From the IMG/VR virus record IMGVR_UViG_2713896908_000007: a stretch of 64,000 nucleotides of DNA, one strand, 5' to 3'. Shown here piece by piece: positions 11,678 through 20,195 of the stretch (positions within the stretch are counted from its first letter, which is position 1; every line of letters starts with the position of its first letter). Under the pieces are notes generated by a model, which saw only the letters and a list, made by a program, of their open reading frames with translations, did not search any database and was not told where the DNA came from. Origin of the DNA: a virus (Duplodnaviria > Heunggongvirae > Uroviricota > Caudoviricetes). The position numbers and the translations under genes were made by a program.

Positions 11678-12466
11678 ATGCTGGAAAAAGACTACCAGTT
11701 ATCCGCATATAAAAAATTGGCCGCAGCCGGTGGGATGAAAACACCTGGTGCCATAACATCGGCACGAAACAGCGCTAACACAGCAAAACAGCTTGCAGAA
11801 GAATTGACCGGATTAATTTTGGATACAATTGTCTATCCCGACACTATTACCAGCTATGTTTCAACGATCAGAACAACCACAACCGGCTTAACGAACATTG
11901 GAGAACTGGCAACTAAGCACGCGGACCTGTTGGCTGGTTATGCAGATCTGTCAATGCTGCTTCAACTCGATATTGGTTGGGATGTTTACTGCCGTGCTAA
12001 TGAGCGAGAAGTATCAGAACTGCTGATCTCTATTGCCATTGGTGATGTGACTATTACTAAATCGCTTGAGGACGCTGTAAACGCGCTTAATACATCAAGT
12101 TTAGTCGCTGCTATGGGGGAGATTAACCAGACCATTAACACTGGCTCAGGAAGTTCGTCAGGCACTAGTTCAGGCGGCGGCACTGCCACTCCCCCACCAG
12201 CACTAACAGAAAAGCAAATTGAGGCTCTGAAAGTAGCAACTGAACAGTTTGGGGTAGTTTTCAACCAAACAACAGCGCCCACAGTTGCATTGCAACAGCA
12301 GTATGAACGAGCGAAGGAAAGCGCCAGCGTAGCCATAACTGCTTATAACCATGCTATCGGAACCGCGCTGGCGGAAGCATCAGCAAATAAGGCCAGCACC
12401 GCCAGCGCAGTCGCAGCTTTGGTTCCTGATTCTGTTCTTGATGAATTAAACAAGGCGACACTTTAA
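11678..12466 (+). CDS. hypothetical protein with Ser/Gly/Thr-rich linker
   Basis: ATG at 11678 preceded by AGGAG; low-complexity GSGSSSGTSSGGGTATPPP segment; no domain recognised. Confidence 0.45.
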   Translation: MLEKDYQLSAYKKLAAAGGMKTPGAITSARNSANTAKQLAEELTGLILDTIVYPDTITSYVSTIRTTTTGLTNIGELATKHADLLAGYADLSMLLQLDIGWDVYCRANEREVSELLISIAIGDVTITKSLEDAVNALNTSSLVAAMGEINQTINTGSGSSSGTSSGGGTATPPPALTEKQIEALKVATEQFGVVFNQTTAPTVALQQQYERAKESASVAITAYNHAIGTALAEASANKASTASAVAALVPDSVLDELNKATL

Positions 12467-12505
12467 CAAAGGACTTCACAGATAATTTTTCTTCAGGAGG
12501 AAGAA

Positions 12506-12928
12506 ATGTCGTTTTTTTCAACGTTAAAAACAGCTTTGTCTTTGAAGGAGAAACTTGCTGTTACTGGTGTTCTTGTCCTGATTTGCGCACTCGTTGGTGC
12601 TGGGTTTGCATGGGAACGTCATCAGCTAAAGCAAGCCATGGAGAAAATTGGCAGTCTTGATCAGGCTGTTAAGGAACGTGATAAGTCAATAATGGATCTT
12701 AACCAGACCATTGAGACGATGAACAAAGCAGAGCAACATTTTCACAGCCAGGAAGTGAAAAATGAATCAGAACAAGCCAAGTATGCTGACAGGCAAATGG
12801 AACGAAAAGCTGAAGTTCAGAAACAACTTGTTGCGGCGGGTAATGTTCGCCAGCGCATTCCTGTTGACACTCAGCGGTTGCTCCGGGAGTCGATCAGCGA
12901 ATTTAACGCCGACGCCGACAAAGGTTAA
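12506..12928 (+). CDS. candidate i-spanin (Rz-like): N-terminal transmembrane helix plus coiled coil
   Basis: ATG with AGGAGG RBS; TM segment LAVTGVLVLICALVGAGFAW; charged helical remainder; overlaps a lipoprotein gene in another frame. Confidence 0.5.
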   Translation: MSFFSTLKTALSLKEKLAVTGVLVLICALVGAGFAWERHQLKQAMEKIGSLDQAVKERDKSIMDLNQTIETMNKAEQHFHSQEVKNESEQAKYADRQMERKAEVQKQLVAAGNVRQRIPVDTQRLLRESISEFNADADKG

Positions 12929-13094
12929 TCACCCTGCCCCCAAAAGTGCATTTATGTGCAGGATGCCAGAGTTTAGCAGTGAATATTTTGATGATCTGCC
13001 AGCCTATATCCTTGATACAGAAACGATGCTGATGGGGATTAACAGGAAGAATCGCAACGTTAATGATTACAACCGCGCTATCAGCGGTAACTAA
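12843..13094 (+). CDS. candidate o-spanin (Rz1-like) lipoprotein
   Basis: Lipobox FLLTLSGC then Pro-rich mature region; starts inside the 3' end of the i-spanin candidate in an alternative frame. Confidence 0.5.
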   Translation: MFASAFLLTLSGCSGSRSANLTPTPTKVNHPAPKSAFMCRMPEFSSEYFDDLPAYILDTETMLMGINRKNRNVNDYNRAISGN

Positions 13095-13105
13095 AAGGGA
13101 TTTTT

Positions 13106-13498
13106 ATGTCTGATAAAGTAACAGTAAAGCAAACTATCAACAAAGCGACTTCAATCTACAAAATTGAGCAAATCACTGTTGGCAAGCCAGGATCTGAACA
13201 ATACCGTCATGCTTTCGAGCTTGCCGATCAGCTTGGTTTAAAACATCCAGATTGTATCGAGCATGTATTTCCGACCTATGCTGATGAGCAATGTACTCAT
13301 GTTCTTACCGAAGAGGATTTTTTCAGCACTGAAGAACGAGAAGGCGTTGATCGCTGCATTGGTGTGATTTGTTCTTCGGTAAGTGATGAGTTATTCCCTA
13401 ATGTGCCTGAATATGGTGGTATTGGATACCAATTCCTGTACGAGGGCGATGAGCTTAAATGCTATGAACATGGTCTTCTCATCGAAAGCGTAGAATAA
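13106..13498 (+). CDS. hypothetical acidic protein upstream of the replicon origin
   Basis: 130-aa ORF with RBS, followed by a terminator hairpin; no domain recognised. Confidence 0.5.
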   Translation: MSDKVTVKQTINKATSIYKIEQITVGKPGSEQYRHAFELADQLGLKHPDCIEHVFPTYADEQCTHVLTEEDFFSTEEREGVDRCIGVICSSVSDELFPNVPEYGGIGYQFLYEGDELKCYEHGLLIESVE

Positions 13499-13512
13499 TA
13501 CGGCTTCCTTCC

Positions 13513-13540
13513 AACCGGCTTTGTTGGCCGGTTTATTCAA
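13513..13540 (+). terminator. rho-independent terminator
   Basis: AACCGGC / GCCGGTT hairpin followed by a T-rich tract. Confidence 0.5.
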
Positions 13541-13541
13541 C

Positions 13542-13620
13542 TTATCCACAGCATAGATCCAATAAACAGATCCAAAAGAGAACCCTAGAAGATCCAAATA
13601 AGATCCCGGATCGCTGCAGG
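13542..13620. promoter_or_regulatory. oriR-like origin elements: consensus DnaA box plus a cluster of five GATC sites
   Basis: TTATCCACA at about 13542-13550; repeated AGATCC heptamers within about 60 bp; immediately upstream of the iterons. Confidence 0.6.
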
Positions 13621-13650
13621 CCGCGCCATGTCTGGCCTGAAACGTGATCA

Positions 13651-13758
13651 ACATTGACTATATGCGATTTTATGTTGACTGTACACGATTTATTGTTGAC
13701 TACACGCGATTTTATGTTGACTATACGCGATATAAACATTGACTGTACGCGATTTTAA
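13651..13758 (+). repeat. iteron array: five direct repeats of about 21 bp (incC-like)
   Basis: Consensus TGTTGACTRTACRCGATTTTA at 21-22 bp spacing directly upstream of repA. Confidence 0.8.
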
Positions 13759-13833
13759 AGCCTGAATATTCACAGCTGTTGATAACAGCCATCCAAATTG
13801 ACGTCAGGCCGCGCCACACATGGAGAAACCACG

Positions 13834-14718
13834 ATGCCGGAAGAAAGTAAAGGCTTCCTTAGCGTTGAAGAAGTTGCAGGAAATACAGGAGAAATCCACA
13901 GCCTGAAACCCAATAACAACAGCACTATACAACCCATCGCTTTGTTGCGCTTAGGTGTGTTTGTGCCAACCTTAAAATCTACCAATGTGGCACTACGTCG
14001 CGGATCGTCAGTTACTACAAACACAACGAACGCAACCGAAGAACTATCAAGCCTCAAAATTGTTGAGCAGGAAGGCTATGAGGGAATTGAAATTCATGGT
14101 CCACGCCTGGATATGGATACTGATTTTAAGGTGTGGGTGGGCATAACCTCCGCGTTGTTTGACTATGCACCTGATGATGACGGTATAATTACCCTGCCAT
14201 TCTCCGAGTTTGCCGATCGATGCGGCTATCCACGTAAGCGCCTTTCAAAGGCGTTCCGTAAAAGTATTGATGACTCTCTGACACGCATTCAGCAGACAGT
14301 TGTCAAATTCCGCTTCCCGGCGGCAAAAGGTCATCTCAATAACATTAACGTCAACTTGTTGGCATATAGCAGCCTGAATACCGAGCTTGATGTTATCGAG
14401 ATCCAGCCGCAGAAACAGCTATCTGAACTTTACTATGTTGACTATAAGCGAATCCTGAAGCTGAAGATGCTGGATAAGCTCGGGCGCAAAGAGACGGCCA
14501 AGGTACTGTATACATTCTTTGAGGCTCTACCTGCCAACCCAGCACCTGTCAGCATTGAGCGCCTTAGAGCAAGGCTTAACCTCAAATCATCCGTTAGCGT
14601 GCAAAATAGCGTTATCAGAAAAGCCATGAAAGATTTGGAAGCTATTGAATATCTTAAATTTTCAGAGATAAAAAACGGCAGGAAAATCGGCTTCCAGATC
14701 CATAAGCGCAATCCATAA
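13834..14718 (+). CDS. repA: iteron-binding plasmid replication initiator RepA
   Basis: Shares PIALLRLGVFVP and GPRLDMDTDFK blocks with remembered P1 RepA but diverges elsewhere; ATG at 13834 with GGAG RBS. Confidence 0.8.
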   Translation: MPEESKGFLSVEEVAGNTGEIHSLKPNNNSTIQPIALLRLGVFVPTLKSTNVALRRGSSVTTNTTNATEELSSLKIVEQEGYEGIEIHGPRLDMDTDFKVWVGITSALFDYAPDDDGIITLPFSEFADRCGYPRKRLSKAFRKSIDDSLTRIQQTVVKFRFPAAKGHLNNINVNLLAYSSLNTELDVIEIQPQKQLSELYYVDYKRILKLKMLDKLGRKETAKVLYTFFEALPANPAPVSIERLRARLNLKSSVSVQNSVIRKAMKDLEAIEYLKFSEIKNGRKIGFQIHKRNP

Positions 14719-14720
14719 TA

Positions 14721-14980
14721 TTGACTATATGCGATAGCGAGAAGTTGACTATAGGCGACATTCGTTGACGCTGGTGGATTTTTGCTGGCGTCAATATTCT
14801 GCAAGTCGCTATTGAGATGGCTTTTAGGGTCATTTCATCGCGTATAGTCAACGTTTCTCCCGACAATATCTTACATAGTCGATCTTTGGTGGAGTTAAAT
14901 CGACTACAGTCAACTTTTGACTGTGGTCATATCGCGCATAGTCAACTATTCACATTAACCTTCGCGCATAGTCAACATTT
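14721..14980. repeat. second iteron cluster downstream of repA (incA-like), both orientations
   Basis: Eight or nine TTGACTATAYGCGA-type copies, direct and inverted, between the repA stop and the next gene. Confidence 0.7.
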
Positions 14981-15010
14981 GCGCGGTTCTCATCAAGCAG
15001 TGGTATTGAT

Positions 15011-15820
15011 ATGCAAGAAGAGAAACAACACTACCTCTACATTCTGGTGCCGGAGAACGGAGATACTTTTAAAATCGGCATTTCATGTGGTCCATTGGCA
15101 CGGTTTAAAGGGCTACAAGTGAGTCCCGATATTGCGCTTTCACGAATCTATCGTGGTACGCGTTTGGCAATGGTTAATCTTGAGCGGGCTTTACACGCAA
15201 CCTTTTTCCCCTGGAATGCGCCGTGGGAGAAAAGCGCCGGTGGCGGGTATACTGAATGGTTTACACGAGAGTGTCTTGATAAGGTTTTGGCTCATATCGA
15301 ATATCTAAATGATATGTGGGGAGGGATTCTCGAGCTCATTAAGTCGAATGATTTACTTCAGCGTCCAGTAGATGCTGCTCGCTCTTTCGAAAAAGAACTG
15401 GATGTTACTTCTATCGTGACTTTCAAAGATGACGCAGGAATGAGGGACGTGGCTTATGTCTCCATATCTGGCTATGACCCGGACGCGATCCGCGCTCAAT
15501 GTGAATTGCTGAAAGCAATGTTTATGCTTCGGACTAAATATCCCTGGGAGACAGGGCGGGTGTGCTTCCCTATGGAAGAGTTAACCGCCACCATTGATTC
15601 CCAGCTTTACCACGATAATCCAGAGAAGTTTTTTAGCCTTTTAACCGGTAATGGGCTTAACTGTGTGTCCGGGCTGGGGCGAAGTAGAATCCAACATGCC
15701 TCGCTCTTCGGTCCCTTCTTTTACGATCGACACGGGTACTTTGAGGCTGAACTTCCGGCGCTTACGCGTGCTATAGATACTATCGATTTCGAACGATTAT
15801 TCGCTGCTCTTAGCAAATAA
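15011..15820 (+). CDS. T5orf172 (GIY-YIG-like) domain protein
   Basis: N-terminal YLYILVPENGDTFKIGIS ... GGGYTEWF resembles the T5orf172/MUG113 domain; own terminator; sits between the incA-like iterons and parA. Confidence 0.6.
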   Translation: MQEEKQHYLYILVPENGDTFKIGISCGPLARFKGLQVSPDIALSRIYRGTRLAMVNLERALHATFFPWNAPWEKSAGGGYTEWFTRECLDKVLAHIEYLNDMWGGILELIKSNDLLQRPVDAARSFEKELDVTSIVTFKDDAGMRDVAYVSISGYDPDAIRAQCELLKAMFMLRTKYPWETGRVCFPMEELTATIDSQLYHDNPEKFFSLLTGNGLNCVSGLGRSRIQHASLFGPFFYDRHGYFEAELPALTRAIDTIDFERLFAALSK

Positions 15821-15827
15821 CACTGAT

Positions 15828-15848
15828 GCCCCTGAACGGGGCTTTTTT
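15828..15848 (+). terminator. rho-independent terminator
   Basis: GCCCC-TGAAC-GGGGC hairpin followed by TTTTTT. Confidence 0.8.
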
Positions 15849-15988
15849 GTGCCCTCCTTGCAACGCTCAATCGTGCAAAATGAACCAAACATGCAGAGAA
15901 TGCTATGTACAAGCATCTGCGCATACATTATTATTTTATGTAGCATTTTTAATTAAATTCAAAAATACAGCATAAAGGATGACTTTCG

Positions 15989-17185
15989 ATGAGTGATTCC
16001 AGCCAGCTTCACAAGGTTGCTCAAAGAGCAAACAGAATGCTCAATGTTCTGACTGAACAAGTACAGTTGCAAAAGGATGAGCTACACGCGAACGAGTTTT
16101 ACCAGGTCTATGCGAAAGCGGCACTGGCAAAATTGCCTCTACTGACTCGAGCGAACGTTGACTATGCCGTAAGTGAAATGGAAGAAAAGGGTTATGTTTT
16201 CGATAAACGCCCTGCTGGCTCTTCAATGAAATATGCGATGTCAATTCAGAACATCATTGATATATATGAACATCGCGGAGTGCCAAAATACCGGGATCGC
16301 TACAGCGAAGCGTATGTTATTTTCATCTCCAATCTTAAAGGCGGTGTGTCAAAAACTGTATCGACGGTTTCTCTGGCGCATGCAATGCGTGCCCACCCTC
16401 ATCTTCTGATGGAAGATTTAAGGATTCTGGTTATTGACCTTGATCCGCAATCTTCAGCAACGATGTTTTTAAGCCATAAACACTCTATTGGTATCGTAAA
16501 CGCAACATCTGCACAGGCTATGTTGCAGAATGTAAGCCGTGAAGAGCTGTTAGAGGAGTTTATTGTTCCTTCTGTTGTACCTGGGGTTGACGTTATGCCT
16601 GCGTCGATTGACGATGCCTTTATTGCATCCGATTGGAGAGAGCTGTGCAATGAGCATCTACCGGGTCAGAACATCCATGCTGTCCTGAAAGAAAATGTGA
16701 TTGATAAGCTGAAGAGCGATTATGATTTTATCCTCGTTGATAGTGGTCCTCACCTTGACGCCTTCCTGAAAAATGCTTTGGCCTCGGCCAATATACTGTT
16801 TACACCTCTGCCACCAGCAACGGTCGATTTCCACTCATCGCTTAAATACGTTGCCCGCCTTCCTGAGTTGGTGAAACTCATTTCGGATGAAGGCTGCGAG
16901 TGCCAGCTTGCGACTAACATTGGTTTTATGTCCAAGTTGAGTAACAAGGCAGACCATAAGTATTGCCATAGCCTGGCGAAAGAAGTGTTCGGTGGGGATA
17001 TGCTCGATGTCGTCCTACCTCGCCTTGATGGTTTCGAACGCTGCGGCGAGTCCTTTGACACTGTTATTTCTGCTAATCCGGCAACGTATGTTGGTAGTGC
17101 TGACGCACTGAAGAACGCGCGCATCGCCGCTGAAGATTTTGCAAAAGCAGTTTTTGACCGTATTGAATTTATCAGATCTAACTAA
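15989..17185 (+). CDS. parA: partition ATPase ParA (P1 type Ia)
   Basis: 398 aa; deviant Walker A KGGVSKT; N-terminal HTH extension; sequence matches remembered P1 ParA. Confidence 0.9.
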   Translation: MSDSSQLHKVAQRANRMLNVLTEQVQLQKDELHANEFYQVYAKAALAKLPLLTRANVDYAVSEMEEKGYVFDKRPAGSSMKYAMSIQNIIDIYEHRGVPKYRDRYSEAYVIFISNLKGGVSKTVSTVSLAHAMRAHPHLLMEDLRILVIDLDPQSSATMFLSHKHSIGIVNATSAQAMLQNVSREELLEEFIVPSVVPGVDVMPASIDDAFIASDWRELCNEHLPGQNIHAVLKENVIDKLKSDYDFILVDSGPHLDAFLKNALASANILFTPLPPATVDFHSSLKYVARLPELVKLISDEGCECQLATNIGFMSKLSNKADHKYCHSLAKEVFGGDMLDVVLPRLDGFERCGESFDTVISANPATYVGSADALKNARIAAEDFAKAVFDRIEFIRSN

Positions 17186-17201
17186 GGAGTAAGAAAACGC
17201 C

Positions 17202-18203
17202 ATGTCAAAGAAAAACAGACCAACAATTGGGCGAACCCTTAATCCTTCAGTATTAAGCGCATTTGATAGTTCCTCTGCCTCTGGTGATCGGGTTGAGCAG
17301 GTATTCAAGCTATCAACTGGTCGCCAGGCTACATTCATTGAGGAGGTAATCCCTCCAAACCGGGTAGAAGGCGATACCTTTGTTGATCAGCATAACAACG
17401 GACGTGATCAGGCAGCTCTTACACCAAAATCATTAAAAAGCATCAGAAGCACCATTAAGCATCAGCAATTTTACCCAGCAATAGGTGTTAGACGGGCTAC
17501 AGGAAAAATTGAAATTTTGGATGGTTCCCGGCGTCGAGCTTCTGCCATCTTAGAGAACGTAGGGTTGCGGGTTTTAGTCACGGACCAGGAGATCAGCGTC
17601 CAGGAAGCGCAAAATTTAGCGAAAGACGTTCAGACAGCATTGCAGCACAGCATTCGAGAAATAGGTCTGCGTTTGATGCGAATGAAAAATGCTGGGATGA
17701 GTCAGAAGGATATTGCAGCCAAGGAAGGGCTATCTCAGGCGAAGGTCACGCGTGCTCTCCAGGCAGCGAGTGCTCCGGAAGAATTAGTCGCCCTTTTCCC
17801 TGTGCAGTCGGAATTAACCTTTTCGGACTACAAAACGCTTTGTGCTGTTGGCGACGAAATGGGGAACAAGAATTTAGAGTTTGATCAGCTTATTCAAAAC
17901 ATATCCCCGGAAATAAACGACATCTTATCCATTGAAGAAATGGCCGAAGATGAAGTTAAAAATAAAATCCTGCGCTTGATAACAAAGGAAGCCTCACTAC
18001 TCACGGATAAAGGTTCTAAAGATAAGTCCGTAGTTACTGAATTATGGAAATTTGAGGACAAAGATCGCTTTGCAAGGAAGCGCGTGAAAGGCCGTACCTT
18101 TTCCTATGAGTTTAATCGACTCTCTAAAGAGTTACAGGAAGAACTTGACAGGATGATTGGGCATATCCTAAGAAAAAGCCTCGATAAAAAGCCGAAACCT
18201 TAA
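17202..18203 (+). CDS. parB: centromere-binding partition protein ParB
   Basis: 333 aa; ParB box GSRRRAS; follows parA with RBS; matches remembered P1 ParB. Confidence 0.9.
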   Translation: MSKKNRPTIGRTLNPSVLSAFDSSSASGDRVEQVFKLSTGRQATFIEEVIPPNRVEGDTFVDQHNNGRDQAALTPKSLKSIRSTIKHQQFYPAIGVRRATGKIEILDGSRRRASAILENVGLRVLVTDQEISVQEAQNLAKDVQTALQHSIREIGLRLMRMKNAGMSQKDIAAKEGLSQAKVTRALQAASAPEELVALFPVQSELTFSDYKTLCAVGDEMGNKNLEFDQLIQNISPEINDILSIEEMAEDEVKNKILRLITKEASLLTDKGSKDKSVVTELWKFEDKDRFARKRVKGRTFSYEFNRLSKELQEELDRMIGHILRKSLDKKPKP

Positions 18204-18204
18204 A

Positions 18205-18300
18205 CTTTCGCCATTGAAATTTCATTGGTAACATTCTGTTTTTAAAGAAAATTCATCTAAAATTTCAAGGTGAAATCGCCACGATTTCACCTTGGATTTT
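18205..18300. promoter_or_regulatory. parS-like partition site
   Basis: TCGCCA and ATTTCA(C/T) box motifs, including inverted GTGAAATCGCCACGATTTCAC, just after the parB stop. Confidence 0.7.
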
Positions 18301-18350
18301 ACCCTCCTCCCCTATCCCTACAAAAAATAAAAAAATTACTTTTCGCGAGA

Positions 18351-18377
18351 AAGTCAACAAGTGACTTTCAATAAAAT
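18351..18377 (+). promoter_or_regulatory. candidate late promoter upstream of the capsid gene
   Basis: Inverted repeat AAGTCA-ACAAG-TGACTT, then AGTGACTTTCAATA and a TAAAAT -10-like hexamer. Confidence 0.35.
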
Positions 18378-18407
18378 CTCTTCCGAAAAGGGATTCACAC
18401 AAGTGCC

Positions 18408-20135
18408 TTGTGTTTAAGGAAGAGTAACTTGAGTAACTTACGCGAATACCAGAATCGTATTGCAGATATCGCAAAACGCTCTAAATCCGTTCTTGGCTGG
18501 ACAAGCACTGCGCAGTTCGGCACCGATAATCAATTCATTAAAGATGATGCCGCGCGTGCCGCATCTATCCTTGAGGCTGCTCGTAAAGACCCGATTTTTG
18601 CGGGTATCTCTGATAATGCCATCGCTCAAATCGCTACAGCGTGGGCAAGCGCACTGGCTGACTACGCTACAACACATAAATCTATGCCGCGTCCGGAAAT
18701 TCTGGCCTCCTGCCACCAGACGCTGGAAAACTGCCTGATTGAGTCCACCCGCAATAGCATGGATGCCACCAATAAAGCGATGTTGGAATCCGTCGCGGCA
18801 GAGATGATGAGTGTTTCTGACGGTGTTATGCGTCTGCCTTTATTCCTGGCGATGATCCTGCCTGTTCAGTTGGGGGCAGCTACCGCTGATGCGTGCACCT
18901 TCATTCCGGTTACGCGTGACCAGTCCGATATCTACGAAGTCTTTAACGTGGCGGGTTCCTCTTTTGGTTCTTATGCTGCTGGTGATGTTCTGGACATGCA
19001 ATCCGTTGGTGTGTATAGCCAGCTGCGCCGCCGCTATGTACTGGTTGCAAGTTCCGACGGTACCAGCAAAACAGCGACCTTCAAGATGGAAGACTTCGAG
19101 GGCCAGAATGTTCCGATCCGCAAAGGCCGTACAAATATCTATGTTAACCGTATTAAGTCTGTTGTTGATAACGGCTCCGGCTCACTGCTTCACTCGTTTA
19201 CTAATGCTGCTGGTGAGCAAATCACTGTTACCTGCTCTCTGAACTACAACATTGGTCAGATTGCCCTGTCGTTCTCCAAAGCGCCGGATAAAGGCACCGA
19301 GATCGCAATTGAGACGGAAATCAATATTGAAGCCGCTCCTGAGCTGATCCCGCTGATTAACCACGAAATGAAGAAATACACCCTGTTCCCCAGCCAGTTC
19401 GTTATTGCAGCTGAGCACACGGTACAGGCGGCGTATGAAGCACAGCGTGAATTTGGTCTTGACCTCGGTTCTCTACAGTTCCGCACTCTGAAGGAATACC
19501 TGTCTCATGAACAGGATATGTTGCGTCTTCGCATCATGATCTGGCGTACTCTTGCGACAGACACATTTGACATCGCTCTACCGGTTAACCAGTCCTTTGA
19601 TGTATGGGCAACCATCATTCGTGGCAAATTCCAGACTGTATATCGCGATATTATTGAGCGCGTTAAATCTTCTGGTGCGATGGGGATGTATGCCGGTGCT
19701 GATGCGGCATCTTTCTTCAAACAGTTGCCGAAGGATTTCTTCCAGCCAGCAGAAGATTATATCCAGACACCATACGTTCACTACATTGGCACTCTGTTCG
19801 GTAACGTCAAAGTGTTCGAAGTACCAGAAGGTATTTGCACGAACCTGACCGCCGAAGGTATTCAGTTCAGCCCGATGGATGTGCTGTGCTACGTCCGTGA
19901 TGAAAATCCGGGCAAAGCGGGCTTTGTGACTGGTGATGCAGTTCCAGCTATCCCATTCCAGCATCCAACCACCCCGGCACTGGTCAACCGAACCACTCTG
20001 TGGGGTTCGGCTATCAACGATATGCATCCACGCAACGGTGCTGACTACTTCACCCGTGTAACTCTGACTATGGCCAAAAATGGCGGAATTAACTTCCTGA
20101 CCGGTAACACGATTGATGCTGGTGACTCTGAGTAA
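18408..20135 (+). CDS. putative major head protein (P1 gene 23 position)
   Basis: Large ORF after parS and before the sheath gene; no N-terminal ATG, so start is TTG (18408 or 18429, the latter with AGGAAG RBS). Confidence 0.5.
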   Translation: MCLRKSNLSNLREYQNRIADIAKRSKSVLGWTSTAQFGTDNQFIKDDAARAASILEAARKDPIFAGISDNAIAQIATAWASALADYATTHKSMPRPEILASCHQTLENCLIESTRNSMDATNKAMLESVAAEMMSVSDGVMRLPLFLAMILPVQLGAATADACTFIPVTRDQSDIYEVFNVAGSSFGSYAAGDVLDMQSVGVYSQLRRRYVLVASSDGTSKTATFKMEDFEGQNVPIRKGRTNIYVNRIKSVVDNGSGSLLHSFTNAAGEQITVTCSLNYNIGQIALSFSKAPDKGTEIAIETEINIEAAPELIPLINHEMKKYTLFPSQFVIAAEHTVQAAYEAQREFGLDLGSLQFRTLKEYLSHEQDMLRLRIMIWRTLATDTFDIALPVNQSFDVWATIIRGKFQTVYRDIIERVKSSGAMGMYAGADAASFFKQLPKDFFQPAEDYIQTPYVHYIGTLFGNVKVFEVPEGICTNLTAEGIQFSPMDVLCYVRDENPGKAGFVTGDAVPAIPFQHPTTPALVNRTTLWGSAINDMHPRNGADYFTRVTLTMAKNGGINFLTGNTIDAGDSE

Positions 20136-20195
20136 TCAGAGGAAGCTCTCCGTTTAACATAGCGCCCCTGCGCGGGGCGCATAACAGGGAAAGTT

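Noticed and set aside
13651-14980. Direct repeats considered as a possible CRISPR array
   Set aside because: The repeats are 21-bp iterons with degenerate copies in both orientations and no unique spacers; the context is a RepA replicon.
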